Of a DNA stretch of 64,000 nt, positions 1 through 12,120 are shown in pieces. Position numbers and translations under genes: made by a program. A model generated the notes under the pieces. The model made no database searches, was not told the DNA's origin, and saw nothing but the letters and a program-made list of their open reading frames with translations. Position 1 is the first letter of the stretch. The number at the start of each line of letters is the position of its first letter. The stretch is from Okamejei kenojei. Lineage: Eukaryota. Location of the stretch: contig CM069162.1 of NCBI GenBank assembly GCA_035221665.1, positions 24,242,001-24,306,000 on the forward strand, given 5' to 3'.

Positions 1-509
1 TAAAAATTCCACCGGTTCCATCTGGAACCAATTGAGAAGGTCAAGAAACATATAAAAGGAATAGATTCTTAATTACATTCTTAATGTTGGCAAGAAGTGT
101 GGTAAGTCTTAGATTTGGGAGGGGATAGGAAGCTCCGCAGATGGGCAAAATAATTGATGAGAAACATGAATTAGCAACAATACATCAAAATATTATAGTC
201 ATGAAGTAGTACACGCACAGAAACCGGGACTTCAGTCCTCCATGTACCGGCCAACCACCTAATAGCCATTGTAGAATACCATTTTCCAACACTTGCCCCA
301 TAGTTTTCTATGCCCTGGTGTTTAAAATCTTACATTCTTAAATGTAAGATCTCAGCCTTCACCATGCACATCTATCAGGATTCAATGCCATCTGCCCTTG
401 CTCTGCCCATCTTACCAATACAACAATATCATTCTGCACCAATCCTAAGAGCACCCTCCTCACCATTGATAACACAACTCATTTTCATGCCATCTGCAAA
501 TTACCAACC

Positions 510-800
510 ACACCTCAGTTCACATTCAAGTTATGAATGTGTATAATAAGCCCCATATCATAAATGCCTGTGGCGCACCAGCGACCACAGCCTTGCAATC
601 ATAACAAGAACTCTCCACAGCATCACCATCTCCCATTGCCAAGCCAAATTTGGATACGATTTGCTAACTTGCTTTTTGGTTTAGTCTCCTGTGTAGGATC
701 TTGTCAAAGGCCTTACTGAAATCCATGCAGACTACCTCCCGCCGCCATCAATACATCTTGTTAACTCTGAAAAATTTGCCAAACTGGTCAGACAGGATAA
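510..800 (-). mobile_element. Old, decayed CR1 LINE RT fragment
   Basis: Plus-strand TTGTCAAAGGCCTTACTGAAATCCATGCAGAC is the reverse complement of the CR1 RT motif 'MDFSKAFDK'; the same motif occurs in the young CR1 at ~43215. Boundaries approximate. Confidence 0.6.
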
Positions 801-861
801 AGCCCTCAGAAATATATGCTCATTACCCTTTTTTAAATTCCCTGCTTTTCCAGGTTTTAAT

Positions 862-1148
862 GTCAGATATACAGCATACAAACAGACCCCTCAGCCCACT
901 GAATCCACGCCGACCATCGATCACTGGTTCACACTAATTCTATGTTGTCTCACTTTTACAGACGCCAGTAAATCTACAAACCCGCGCTTCTTTGGGATGT
1001 GGGAGGAAACTGAAGCATCCCGAGGAAATGCACGTGGTCGCAGACAGAATGTGCAAACTCTACACAGACAGCACCAAGATCAAGTTCCAACCTGGGTCTC
1101 TGGCATTGAGATGCAGCAGCTCCACTCACTTTGCCACTGTGCCACCCC
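862..1148 (-). mobile_element. HE1-like tRNA-derived SINE (V-SINE type, CR1-like tail)
   Basis: Minus strand starts GGGTGGCACAGTGGCAAAGTGAGTGG (A-box-like) ... GGTTGGAACTT (B-box-like), continues with a V-domain-like GTGTAGAGTTTGCACATTCT...TCCTCCCACATCCCAAAGA, and ends in a CR1-like tail. Similar to the copy at 32930-33780. Confidence 0.75.
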
Positions 1149-1149
1149 A

Positions 1150-1300
1150 TGTATCATTAATTTATCTCTCAGCATTTTCTTCCAATATTTCCTCAGCACT
1201 GACATTAGATTCACAGGCTGATAATTACTTGGCTCATCTATGCAGTTCTTCTCGAATAAAAATACCACATTTGCTGTCCTCCAGTCTGGCACCTGAGCTC
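1150..1300 (-). mobile_element. Old CR1 ORF2 fragment
   Basis: ORF 1080-1292 reads PDWRTANVVFLFEK...PSNYQPVNLMSV, the CR1 pre-RT motif 'DWRxANVxPxFKK...NYRPVSL'. Confidence 0.7.
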
Positions 1301-2444
1301 TGAGCTAAAGTTCTCAGTCGGAGCCTGGCCTTCTTCTCCCTTGCCTTTCAACCTGTTTTGTCATTCAACATAGTCAGATTCTTAGGTAGCAAATACGTCT
1401 GGAGGTCAGTAAAAGAATACTTTGAAGTGTTTTTGCGTCATATTCTGTGTGCATCACTCTGAAGGATATTGAAGCCAGAGAATAGAACACCTCATTTTCA
1501 GAGATCAATTTATCAAAGCGGCCCAGACCCAGCCTTGATTGCTCTTTGTTTTAGCCACAGAACCTATACAGTCATAATAGCTTCTGTAATAGAACATGAA
1601 ATGCAAGATATTCTTTTTAGCAGTCATTTCTCAATACTCATTGGGGACAAGCATAAGTTGGAATAGAGATGGCTAAAGAATGGCATAAGTGTGATTTTCA
1701 AAGCGAGGAAAAGTTTGATGGAACAACTGGAAAACCTATTCTTTTAAGCAATGACCAGAGGTCAATTATTTAAAATGATTGTCATAAAACCTAAAAAGGG
1801 AATGCAGAAGATGCTTTCTGTAAATAAGGTGACTGTAGGAACAGCCAGTTGAAAAGTTGGTAGACGCAAATCTCTTAAACAATCTTGAAGGAAGATGGGG
1901 AACACACAGGGGATTAGACCAAAAAAAAGTGGATTTGGAATAAAGCAAAGGCATGACAAGCCAAATTCTGTGCAGTCGGTTTACTAAGGACCTGGACGTA
2001 CCGGCACAAATCAATTGGGCTGAATGGCCTGTTACCATGCTGTAATCTCAATGTGCAGGGGGAAAGGCGATATGCAACAGCCCACAGGTTATTTTAGAAG
2101 CTGATGCTGCAAAACGTTAGTAAAGGTTGTATGTAAATGTTTAAAACAGAGGTGGCAACATATATTTGGAGAGTGGATAACGTTTGCATTTACATTTATA
2201 TTAAAGAAATAGTATGAAAAATTGTTGTTAAGCATTTTAATTCTGAGCTGCAAAATTAAGAATCAACAGTTTGAACCGGAATGAAGGGGAAAGGAACTTG
2301 TCGGCTTAAGGTGTCCTATCAATGAAGTACCTAATCTCTACCACAAGGTGGCAGAGCAATAGAAAGATGGAGCAAACACGTCAAAGGCAATATCAGCACC
2401 ATGGACAGGGCCTTGGTCAGCAAGTCCACAGTGCAAGGGACAAA

Positions 2445-2615
2445 GCCACAAGGTGCTGGAGCAGCTGGACAACATGGATAGGTGACGTTTCGGGTTGGAA
2501 TCCGACAGACAATGCCTATCCATGTTCTCCAGAGATGCTGCCTGACCCACTGAGTTACTCCAACACTTTGTGTGGGTTTTTTCTTTTTGCAAACAAGCAT
2601 CTGCAGTTTTGTGTG
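2445..2615. mobile_element. Penelope-type terminal repeat, inverted pair (decayed)
   Basis: ACATGGATAGG(TGACGTTTCGGG) followed by CCTATCCATGTTCTCCAGAGATGCTGCCTGACCCACTGAGTTACTCC; the unit matches the 3' end of the Penelope element at 51482-51609. Confidence 0.7.
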
Positions 2616-2819
2616 CCCGCTGAAATACCGACATCAAACAGTAATATTTCAGCTGTGGACTCTTTTGGGGCTTGGGGTGGAGACTGGCTGAATGATGATT
2701 CACTGAACGTCAAGATTGGCAGGGTGTTGAGATCCAATACATGACTGAGGGAGGTGAGAGGCTGTCAGTCTGTGTGGAAGGTGATGAATGAACAAATAGA
2801 CAGGAGTACGGCACGAACC

Positions 2820-3590
2820 GAGGATTAAAATGCATTTATTTTAATGCAAGAGGCCTGACAGGTAAGGCGGTCGACCCCGGGGCGTGGATAGGCACATGCG
2901 ACTTGGACATTGTAGCTTCACAGAAACCTGGCTAAAAGAGGGACAGGACTGGCAGCTTAATGTTCCAGGGCATGGATACGACAGGAAACACAGAGGTGGA
3001 GGTAAAAAGAAGGGGGGGGGGGGTATTGCTTCATTGATTAAGGAGAATATCATGGCAGAAGTCATGGCTGAGATGACATTACTGATGGTTCGTCCAGTGA
3101 GGCCATATGGGTAGAGCTGAGAAATAGAAAAGGGAATGATCACCTTGCTGAGAGTCTTCTACAGGCCCCCACAGAGTCAATGGGAATTAGAAGCGCGAAT
3201 ATGCCAGGAGATTGCAGGCAGCTGCAAGATTAATAAGGTTGTCACAGTAGGGGACTTTAACTTTCCCAATATAGACTGGGGCTGTCAGAGTGCCAAGGGC
3301 TTAGAATTTGTCAAATGTGTTCAAAAAAGTTTCCTCAGACAATATGCAGAGGGCCCTACATGGGTCGGGGCAAAGCTTGATCTACTCTTAGAAAATTGGG
3401 AAGGCAAGTGACACAAGTGTCCATGGGTGCGCCCTTTGGGACCAGCGACCACTGTTCTATTAGCTTTAAAATAGTTATGGATAAAGACAGGGCAGCCCAG
3501 GTAAAACATTCTGAATCAGAGCAAGGCCAATGCAGATGGTATTAGACAGGAACTTGCTGAAGCTGATTGGAGTAGGTCGTTTGTGGACCA
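2820..3590 (+). mobile_element. CR1 LINE ORF2, AP-endonuclease domain (pseudogenised)
   Basis: Frameshifted translations: 'CIYFNARGL', 'TETWLKEGQDWQLNVPG', 'GGGIASLIKENI', 'FYRPPQS', 'VGDFNFPNIDW', 'GPT..GAKLDLLL', 'SDH'. Confidence 0.88.
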
Positions 3591-3599
3591 AAACCTGTG

Positions 3600-4795
3600 A
3601 CTAGAGAAAAAAACAAAGGTCCTTGTCAAAGCCCCTACAATCTCCTCTCTTGCCTCCCTCAATAACCTGAAATAGACCTCATCAGGCCGAGGGGACATCC
3701 ACCATATCATTCTTCAAGAGCCTCAGCACCACCTCCTTTCTTGACCTCAAACTGCCTTCACATAATTGTATTCTCCACACTGATCTCGCTTTCCTCCTTG
3801 GTGAACACAGATGCAAATTACTCATTTAGTACCGTACCTACATCCTCCTACTCCAAGCATAGATTCTCTCCTTTATCTGGTGGTCCGACCTTCTCCCTGG
3901 TCACCCCCTTGTTTTTTAATGTAGGTATAAAAAGCTTTGGGATTTTCTTTAACCTGGTTCAATGATGACGTTTGATGGCCCCTTCTAGCCCTTCTAATCG
4001 ACCGCTTGAGTTTTTTCCTACTTGCTCTTAACCCCCTCTGATGCCACTTTCTTAAAACAGACATACACTTCCTGACGGAGTTTACAACCTCTTTGGTCAT
4101 CCACCTTACTCAAAGGCCTGGCCTTTAGACGACTCCCACGTGTCCTCTGTGGACTTTCCCAATAACAAATGTACTTTCCTTAGCTCCTGCCTAATGACAT
4201 TGCAATCTGCTTTGCCCTAATTAAGTACCTTCCCAACATCTGGACTTGCCCCTACTCAAAGCAATCTTAACACTTAAGAGTTGTAATCAACATACCCAAA
4301 TTCTTCTTTAATCGACCACAAAACCAGTCACCTGACCAGGCTTGTTTCCCAATACACGATCCAGTATGGTCCCTTCTCGAGTAGGACTATCCACATACTG
4401 TTTAAGGAAACATTCTTGAATGCACCCAACAAGTTTTGCCCTGTCTAATCCCCTTGTCCTAAGTGAGTCCCAGTCAATATTGGGAAAGTTAAAGTCACCT
4501 GCTACATCAACCCTGTAGTTTTGACATCATTCTGTAATCTGCCAACATATCTGATCCTCTATCTTCCGTTGGCTATTGGGTGTCCGAATCCCATGAGAGT
4601 AATTGCTCCTTTCTCATTTTAGAGATCTACCCATAAATGCCTCAGTGGACGTACCCTCCAGTATGTCCTCCCTGGTCACCACTGTGACATTCTGCCTGAT
4701 TAGCAAAGCAACTACGCCTCTTTTAACCCCTCTCTATCTGGTTGAAATATCGAAAACCAGGCACTTTGAGCTGCCAGTCGTGTCCCTCTCACAAC
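3600..4795 (-). mobile_element. CR1 LINE ORF2 fragment (endonuclease to linker), opposite orientation to its neighbour
   Basis: Minus-strand 'WLREGHDWQLKVPGF' (~4790), GDFNFPNIDW (~4480), 'LKRSIRRARRGH...VKENPKAFYTYIK' (ORF 3873-4100), 'SPRPDEVYFRLLREAREEIVGALT' (ORF 3516-3710). Confidence 0.88.
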
Positions 4796-4849
4796 CAAGA
4801 GAAGGAATTGAAAGAGAAAGTATCGGGGAAGAAAGAAAGTTGCATTTTC

Positions 4850-5270
4850 ACTGTGTCCTCACAAATACGGACCTTCCCAAGTCCAATGAAAGTATCCGTC
4901 CACACAAATTTGTCCACACAACAGTTTGAGAATGAAATGTGATAATGATTTAATAATTTGTTTTCACTGATATTGATGAAGGAGTATTTATCAGTTGGTG
5001 ATTGCAACAGTGTAAACTGTGTTCATAATACAATATTGCCAAGGGATATTTTACACCAGCTGAGAAAGCATATTCATATGTTTAATGTCTCATCTGAAAA
5101 TCAATTTGTTTTAAGTAGAGTGAAATGTGCAGCAGTTTTCTTGTTCACAGATAGTACAGCTCTGGTCTGTGGAGTTCAGGTGGACCCGAAGATCTCCACA
5201 AAACCAAACCTTGACCCCTTCAGCCTTGCTGCCTTTAAATGCCATTCGCTCATTAAGCAAACTGCATGTC
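4850..5270 (-). mobile_element. Old DeuSINE-like (SacSINE1/AmnSINE-type) relic
   Basis: Degenerate blocks TGTGATAATGA..TTTGTTTT..TGATATTGATGAAGG and TTGCCAAGGGATATTTTACACCAGCTGAG...GTTTAATGTCTCATCTGAAA recur at 20725-21040, 52840-53190 and 59110-59300. Family assignment from memory of the consensus. Confidence 0.5.
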
Positions 5271-5344
5271 CCACGGGTTTTTATTTGTAATAAATCCTTT
5301 CGCCACGATACCTTAACTCCTATGATGATAACATGAGCACATCT

Positions 5345-5423
5345 TTGGGCTTGGAATCCACTCAGGAAATCCAATTAACAATTACATTGTTAATTGGATT
5401 TCCTGAGAGGATTCCAAGACCAA
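5345..5423. repeat. Near-perfect inverted repeat (hairpin)
   Basis: Arms 5350-5382 and 5386-5418 (33 bp, one mismatch), 3-nt loop TAC, extendable by TTGGG/ACCAA with one more mismatch. Confidence 0.95.
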
Positions 5424-7620
5424 CGATGGTTTGTGAAATACCTAAACCTAAGTGGAACTACTGCTTATCATGAGATTTTTTTTTAAGAGATGCTTTTATA
5501 ATTACTCCAGGTCTATGGGATCCCCCACTGATTGCGTCCTTGCTAGTACTGGTCCTATATATAGAGATCAAGGGAGATTTGCAGCCCACAACATATCTAG
5601 CAACATGGAAAGTTAATTGTACAATTTTATTTGTATAATCACGGTAACATCAACATGCATGGATATCACTTTTTTTGCAATGTTAAATGATAAAAGATGC
5701 TTCAGAAAAGCAATACCAAAAAAATAGGATACTAGGCCACAGGAAAAATATAGTAGACCCAGACTTTGGTCAATGAAGCAGGTTTTAAATAATATCTCAA
5801 AATATAGCTCAAAACAAAATAAAATTAAAATGAAGATTTTTAACTGCCTGGGGATTGGCAGCTGAATATATGATGACCAGTGTATGAACTAAGCCCATGT
5901 TCAAAGGCTGAATAGGGAAGTGTTGAGATCTCATGGAGTTGTAACACAGGGAGAGCAGCGTCATCCTTTGTTTCTCATGTTCTTATTTGCTTTATCATAA
6001 AAGATGAGATGCTTCTGAGACAGACTAGAGGGAATTTGCAATTGGTGTGCGAATGTTTCCATGGTGCTGTTATTGGAAAATCCATCATACACCTCTATGC
6101 CAAACTTTAATAATTCCACACCAATCTTAAATAAGTGTTGTTCACAATAGAATAAATATTGTGTTTGCTTATTCGAATACAGCATAGTTTGGCCTGTTCT
6201 AAATTAAGGCGATACCAACACATCTTTAGGCTTGTTAAAGAAATCCAATTAGCAGCATAATTCTGGTCTGTGCAAACACTCTGCATACACATTGCCGAAA
6301 CTGGTATAAATTGGAAGATTAAACACAAATATCATCACAAGATATGATCCTGTCTTTACATCTGCATCCCTCCTTTGCTGACTCCCTCCTTCCTTCAATC
6401 CACCTTCCCTCAGTTTCTGTGTCCTTTCAATTCCCATGTTCCTTCTTCTACCCTAATTCCAGCCCTGGGCACTTCTAACAGCCAACCATTTAATCGTTTC
6501 AAAGGCAAGGGTGCCTTCTACCACAGTCAGTTACCTCCTGAAGACTGCTCCCCAAATGCACACAGATGTGCTTTAGGGCAGATACGTGGTCCTAATCCTA
6601 TGGCCTAATCCAAATACATTTCCTGTGTTCCACCACCCCACCCACCCAACTACCAATGCCCCCCAACCCCAACGCTCTTCCAGAATACCTTGATGCTGCC
6701 TTGTGTCAGATTGCAGCCTCCCAAAGATATGCAGGCAGGTCCGTGGATCCTGATGCACAATTTCCCAGCTAATGGAGACAGGCTCACCCACAAGACCACC
6801 GACATCTCACTCCGCCACCATCACACCACACAGACTCAATGCAATTCTCCCAGCAAATGACAATACAGCAGAGGGAAGGAATACACCTGCCACTGTCTGA
6901 TCAAAGCAAGATTCAACGGAGGAAGTTTCTTGAATCTCAAATGATGGCTGGTGATGAAGTGTAAAGACTCCCACATTGCTCTTTCACACAAAGCACCATT
7001 CAGGTACCCTGGACTCTGAGGCTCATCTGTGTGTACAACTGAAGGAGAGGATAACAGATGATGCCATGGTCACTTGTGTTTTGGATTTAACCCTCAAATA
7101 TTTTTATTTTTGCTTGGCTCATCAGCATCCTCCATCTTTGAACGCTGTCTCGTAGGACGTTCAGTGTTCGCAACCTTCACCTCAACCAGGGCTACCTTTT
7201 GGGTAGACATTTTGGACGAATCGGGATATCACCTTGTTTTCCTCCGTGCATGTTTTTAATTATAATTTAAGAATGCAATTAATCCCATCACCTGCTTCCC
7301 TTGTGACAATCTCCAACTATTCCACACCCGTGTGAGGGAGCCAATGTGCCCATGATAGCACCATTAATCAGAGTCTACAACAAAAAAACAAGCCATTTGA
7401 ATATTGAATCATTCTTCACATGAACTGCCATGTCAAAGCTCAATCAACCGATCAGTACATAACCTGAAGTGCAGGGGGTTCTTGGATCTGCAGTTAATTT
7501 CAATAAGAATGCACATCTCTTTACAATGTCCATTTCATGCGTGAGATTCCCATTTTACACTTCCGCTGTGTGATCTTTAGTTGCAGTCAGCAGCTTAAAA
7601 TGTGGAGAACCAACATATTT

Positions 7621-7730
7621 CTGACCTGACGGGCTCGACCTGAAACGTCACCTATTCCTGTCTGGCCCACTGAGTTACTCCAGCATTTTGTGTTTCCCTT
7701 CAGTTTAAACCAGCATCTGCAGTTCCTTCC
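7621..7730 (+). mobile_element. Penelope-type terminal repeat (solo, decayed)
   Basis: GGGCTCGACCTGAAACGTCACCTATTCC...CTGAGTTACTCCAGCATTTTGTGT...AAACCAGCATCTGCAGTTCC. Confidence 0.75.
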
Positions 7731-8377
7731 AACATATTCCTGACCTTGTTGCCATGTTCAGTTCATCCTATTCCAAGAAAGCTATAAAGTCCTGGCCATT
7801 CACTTCGCTCAATATAACACCCAGCCTCATCCTATCCAGGCCAACAATTAAAAGACCTACCCAGAATTTTAAACTTGGAAATCAGATTAAAAACATGTTA
7901 GGAACAAAATGTTTTCTTATGCAGAAATGGAAAGAAGCTTGTGGAAATCAAAGGTCAATCACACAGTGAAGCTAATTCCAAGGTTTTAAAAGCTTGAAAT
8001 TTCAAAGAGATAATGAGGGAGGTGATGAGATTAAGACTAAAATTAAAAGTAAGTCATGTAAATATAATACAAAACCAGAAGATCTGAGCCACTGTTTATA
8101 AAGAAGGCAAGCTATGATGTTTATGCTCGACTGACAAGTGGCACAGATCAGTAATGCCACATTCTGCCACTTCTCTCTGATGATATGGATTCCCACCACT
8201 TTGTTTCTAGTGATACAATGCTCCTCACATTTTTCTGCGAGTAAAAGATCAATATTGAGCTGAAATAGCGAGCTACTCTATAATTTGTTTTGATTACTGT
8301 GTAAAGTTATTGAATGCCACAGGACGAAAAGGCTATCGCTGCCTTTGAAAGGGTGCAGAAGAAGGAGGAAATTGTGT

Positions 8378-8468
8378 AGGTTTACACCGAAGATAGACAC
8401 AGAATGCTGGACACACAGTCTGAAGAAGGGTCTCAACCCCAAACGTCACCCATTCCTTCTCCCCAGAG
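8378..8468. mobile_element. Penelope-type terminal repeat fragments (inverted junction)
   Basis: GGTTTACACCGAAGATAGACACAGAATGCTGG (minus) joined to CTGAAGAAGGGTCTCAACCCCAAACGTCACCCATTCCTTCT (plus). Confidence 0.75.
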
Positions 8469-9442
8469 GAAATGGTGTACTGGATTTTAAGGAGCAAACA
8501 ACTCAGATTAATTTTTAACTCAGATTAGTTTTGTATTTACCCCCTATTTGAAGGTAGGCTGTGTCCACTACCCTGGACAAGTGCAACAACTGCTTGTGGT
8601 CTACACTAGCTAATTCTTTCAGAAGTGGAAAAGCAGCAATCATATCGGCAGGAATTGCAATATATTTTTGCAAAGGGTTGATTTTAATACTGACAAAACC
8701 ATAATATGCAAAGAATTTATTTAAATCAGCTCCTCAGCAAAATTGAATTATGAGGAGTAATTAACTAAATTGGGCACAAATTTGCAATTGAGAAGGTTGA
8801 GAAGTTGTTACAGTTAGGAAATTCTTTCCTTACCCTTTTAATAGACTCAGTAAACCACAGACAGTAATATATTTGATAATTCATTCCCTTTATTACCGCA
8901 AATCATTAATCTTAAATACCCTAACCAACCACACAAAAAGTTGCCCGTTTAGAACCTGCTGTGCACGGATTTAATGAGGTATCGTGAAGGAGGTTTCTCC
9001 AAGCCTCTCAGGATTTTCAATGCAGCTTACGTTTCTTCTCTCGCTTCGTTAAGTCTGGCAGCATGCTGGTACCTTTTTGATTTATGTTTCTCTTCCCAAT
9101 GAATGCTACCCACACTTCATATTTTACAAAAAAACTATTTGTTTCAAATAGTTATCCCAGAAGAGATGTGAAGTTTCATTTATACCCCATCTCACACCTG
9201 ATTGCAACTTGCACACCCTTCTTCTTGGATGATCCCCAGGGATGAAAACAATTTGATTTGTGTTTCGGGGGTGACGGATTAGACTTCTGTGGGACTGGTA
9301 GACTCTACCATTGATGAGCAAAGGTGCCTCTGGAGAGAGAGAGTGCTCAGGCACTTGTGAGGAATATTTCTTCCACCATTTACATTGTGCTTCTGTGTGT
9401 TCCTGATGTTGGATCACAGATTGAGAATTCGGTATCCAGAAG

Positions 9443-9620
9443 GAAGGAACTGCACCGAAGATAGACACAAAATGCTGGAGTAACTCAGCGGGACGGGCAA
9501 CATCTCTGGAGAGAAGGGATGGGCGACGTTTCGGGTCGAGAGGGTCTCGACACAAAACGTAACCCGTCCCTTCTATCCAGAGATGCTGCCTGTCCTGCAG
9601 AGTTACCTCAGAATTTTGTC
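9443..9620. mobile_element. Penelope-type terminal repeat, inverted pair
   Basis: GACACAAAATGCTGGAGTAACTCAGCGGGACGGGCAACATCTCTGGA...GACGTTTCGGGTCGAG followed by its reverse complement AGGGTCTCGAC..AAACGT..TCCAGAGATGCTGCCTGTCC..GAGTTAC. Confidence 0.85.
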
Positions 9621-10169
9621 GCAAAATATGGGGTAGCTGTTGCTGGGCAAGCAAAGATTTTGTCTGTCCAACAGAACCAACTAGATGTAGTCAATGCCTG
9701 CGATGCCATCCCTAATCAGCACATTGCAACTGCATTGTTTATCCTTCCAATAAGTAGAGAGGACTTAGTAGAGACAGCATTGATGATATCGCTCTAGCGC
9801 TGAGGTGTTAGCTATACCCCATCTCAGAGATATTTAGGAAAGTAGGGGTCACTGCTATCTGGTAACCCAAGAATATTACACAAGACCTTCAAATATCTTT
9901 TTCTTCAACTGCCCAGAGGCTGCACCAGGCCACAGAAAGTGCCGGTAAGCTTCATCAATGATGTCTATCTTGACTCATGAAGTGATTCAGGGTAATGCCT
10001 CCATCCTCCCGGTCAATGCCCATGCACATCTTACCACCGACCACTCCTGTGTAAACAATCCTCTGTTAAAATCAATGTTGGCACCTGCCACTCTGATGAA
10101 AGTCAGTGCTTCATCAATTTCCCTGATCAACAGTTTTATTGAAAGTTCTTTGGGAGTGCGGCAGAGAAA

Positions 10170-11000
10170 GACAGACAAACTCTCCGAGGTGACTGTGCCT
10201 GAACCCCTCTGGCAGTGGATCACCAACTTCCTGACAGACAGGAAGCAGCAGGTGAGGCTGGGTAAGCACATCTCGGACCCGCTGACCCTCAGCATAGGAG
10301 CCCTGCAAGGCTGTGTACTCTCCCCTCCTCTACTCTCTGTACACCAACGACTGCACCTCCACAGACTCCTCTGTCAAGCTTCTCAAGTTTGCGGACAACA
10401 CAACCCTGATTGGACTGATCCAAGATGGGGAGGAATCTGCCTACAGACAGGAAGTGACACAGCTGGCGATCTGGAGCCATCGCAACAAGCTGGAGCTCAA
10501 TGCTCTTAAGACAGTGGAATTGATTGTAAACTTAAGGAGAGCTCCCCCTCCCCTCTCCCACCCACCATCAACAATACCACAGTCACATTTGTGGAGTCAT
10601 TTAAGTTCCTTGGAACCATCATCTCCAGGGACCTTCAATGGGAGGACACCATCGACTCCACAGTCAAAAAGGCCCAACAGAGGATGTACTTCCTGCGGCA
10701 GCTGAGAAAACACAAACTCTTTGAAGCACTTCCCTCTGGAAGGCGACTCCGGACTGTCAAAGCCGCCACAGCCAGACATAAAAACAGCTTTTTTCCACGA
10801 GCAGTCGCTTTACTCAACAGCCAAAAGTCTGTAGCCTCCTTTTGCTCTGATATTTGGTTTCATTCTTCACATGTTTAAATTATGCTTTATTTTTAATTGT
10901 CTACTGTATATCGTGTTGTTACTTGCGAGCAAGGCACCAAGGCAAATTCCTTGTATGTATACATATTTGGCTAATGAAATGTATTCAATTCAATTCAATT
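10170..11000 (+). mobile_element. Rex1/Babar-type non-LTR retrotransposon, 5'-truncated with internal deletion
   Basis: 'WITNFLTDRKQQVRLG...GALQGCVLSP / LLYSLYTNDC...LLKFADNTTLIGLI...YRQEV..L..W...NKLELNALKTVELIV', 'VESFKFLGTIIS', 'KAQQRMYFLRQLRK', 'LPSGRR...NSFFPRAV'; ends in an (ATTCA)n tail. Confidence 0.9.
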
Positions 11001-11299
11001 AAAACTAAAGAAATGACAAGTAATATTGCTGTAGATATGATTGCTATATTCCGGGTTCTAAAGGCTCGAGTCAATATTGATTGTGAGAATCTGTGCAACC
11101 TTATAGAGCAGCAGAACAAACAGACATAAGCTGCACTCAAGGTGAAGACAAACACAAATCTAATCCAAGGAAATGCTACTTCAATGAATGAACGATCAAT
11201 CAATATTGTCAAGGAAAATGTGGAGGTGGGAGAATGAAGAAGAATTTCCCCAGCACTTCCTTAAGATACTACTGTAAGGTCCTTTCCATCAGTCTCAGA

Positions 11300-11610
11300 G
11301 GTCCAAGCACAGAGCAGTATCAAGCAAGGCTATTTCATCGCACCAACACTTCTCGGCATTTCTCACCGCATTGCTGCAGCTGAAATCCGACAAGCTTCCT
11401 GCTTGGGTGGAGCTAATCTACAGACAAACAGGAACCCATGCACCCTCCGTCGTCTGCAATCCAGAACCAAAGTTGCACTCATGTCAGTCAATGATCCTTG
11501 CACATGTTCAGAAGCAAGCTACAAGGCATTGGTAACTCCTACTATAAAATACACAAGCAAATCTGTTACACACAACATTCTCAAGGCAATGGTCCTTCTG
11601 AGGATTAACT
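11300..11610 (+). mobile_element. Old RTE-clade LINE RT relic
   Basis: Degenerate translation 'IKQGYFIAPTLLGI...LPAWVELIYR..../TLRRLQSRTKV' resembles the RTE RT motif 'GVKQGCVLAPTLF...YR..G.LFNLRRL'. Confidence 0.6.
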
Positions 11611-11744
11611 TCACCTCTCAGATTTGTGCAGAAGAACTTGGTTCTTTGGTCTTATTTTAATCACCGCAACAGTCCCTGTATGAAGAAAAGTAAAAATGCT
11701 TTCAGAGCCAGGGATGTGGTCAGTTTTCCAACGTCTCATTATCA

Positions 11745-11878
11745 CTGTGCAGGAAAGAACTGCAGATGCTTGTTTAAATCGAAGGTAGACACAAAATGCT
11801 GGAGAATCTCAGCGGGACATGCAGCATCTCTGGAGAGAAGGAATGGGTGACGTTTCAGGTCTGAAGAAGGGTCTCAGC
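11745..11878 (-). mobile_element. Penelope-type terminal repeat with short inverted stub
   Basis: GAACTGCAGATGCT...AGACACAAAATGCTGGAG...GGGTGACGTTTCAGGT followed by CTGAAGAAGGGTCTC. Confidence 0.85.
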
Positions 11879-12002
11879 TTCACTGATCAGTTGCATTCCC
11901 CATTTATGATTATTATCAGTAACCTCTGCTGGAACAAGGGTAAAGATAAGATTGTTGAACCTCATAAATGAATAGGGAAGGCTTGAATACTCAAGGCAGT
12001 AG

Positions 12003-12120
12003 AAAAGTAAGTTTATTGGCCAAGTATTCACATACAAGGAATTTGCCTTGGTGCTCCGCCCACAAGTAACAACATGACATAGAGTGACAGTTACAAATGA
12101 CTCAGAAAACACTAAACAAA
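12003..12120 (-). mobile_element. Rex1-type 3' end fragment
   Basis: TTTATTGGCCAAGTAT..CATACAAGGAATTTGCCTTGGTGC is the reverse complement of the 3' UTR at 10933-10975. Confidence 0.75.

Noticed and set aside
9124-9654. 176-aa minus-strand ORF
   Set aside because: The N-terminal part runs through an inverted Penelope repeat; the rest has no recognisable homology.
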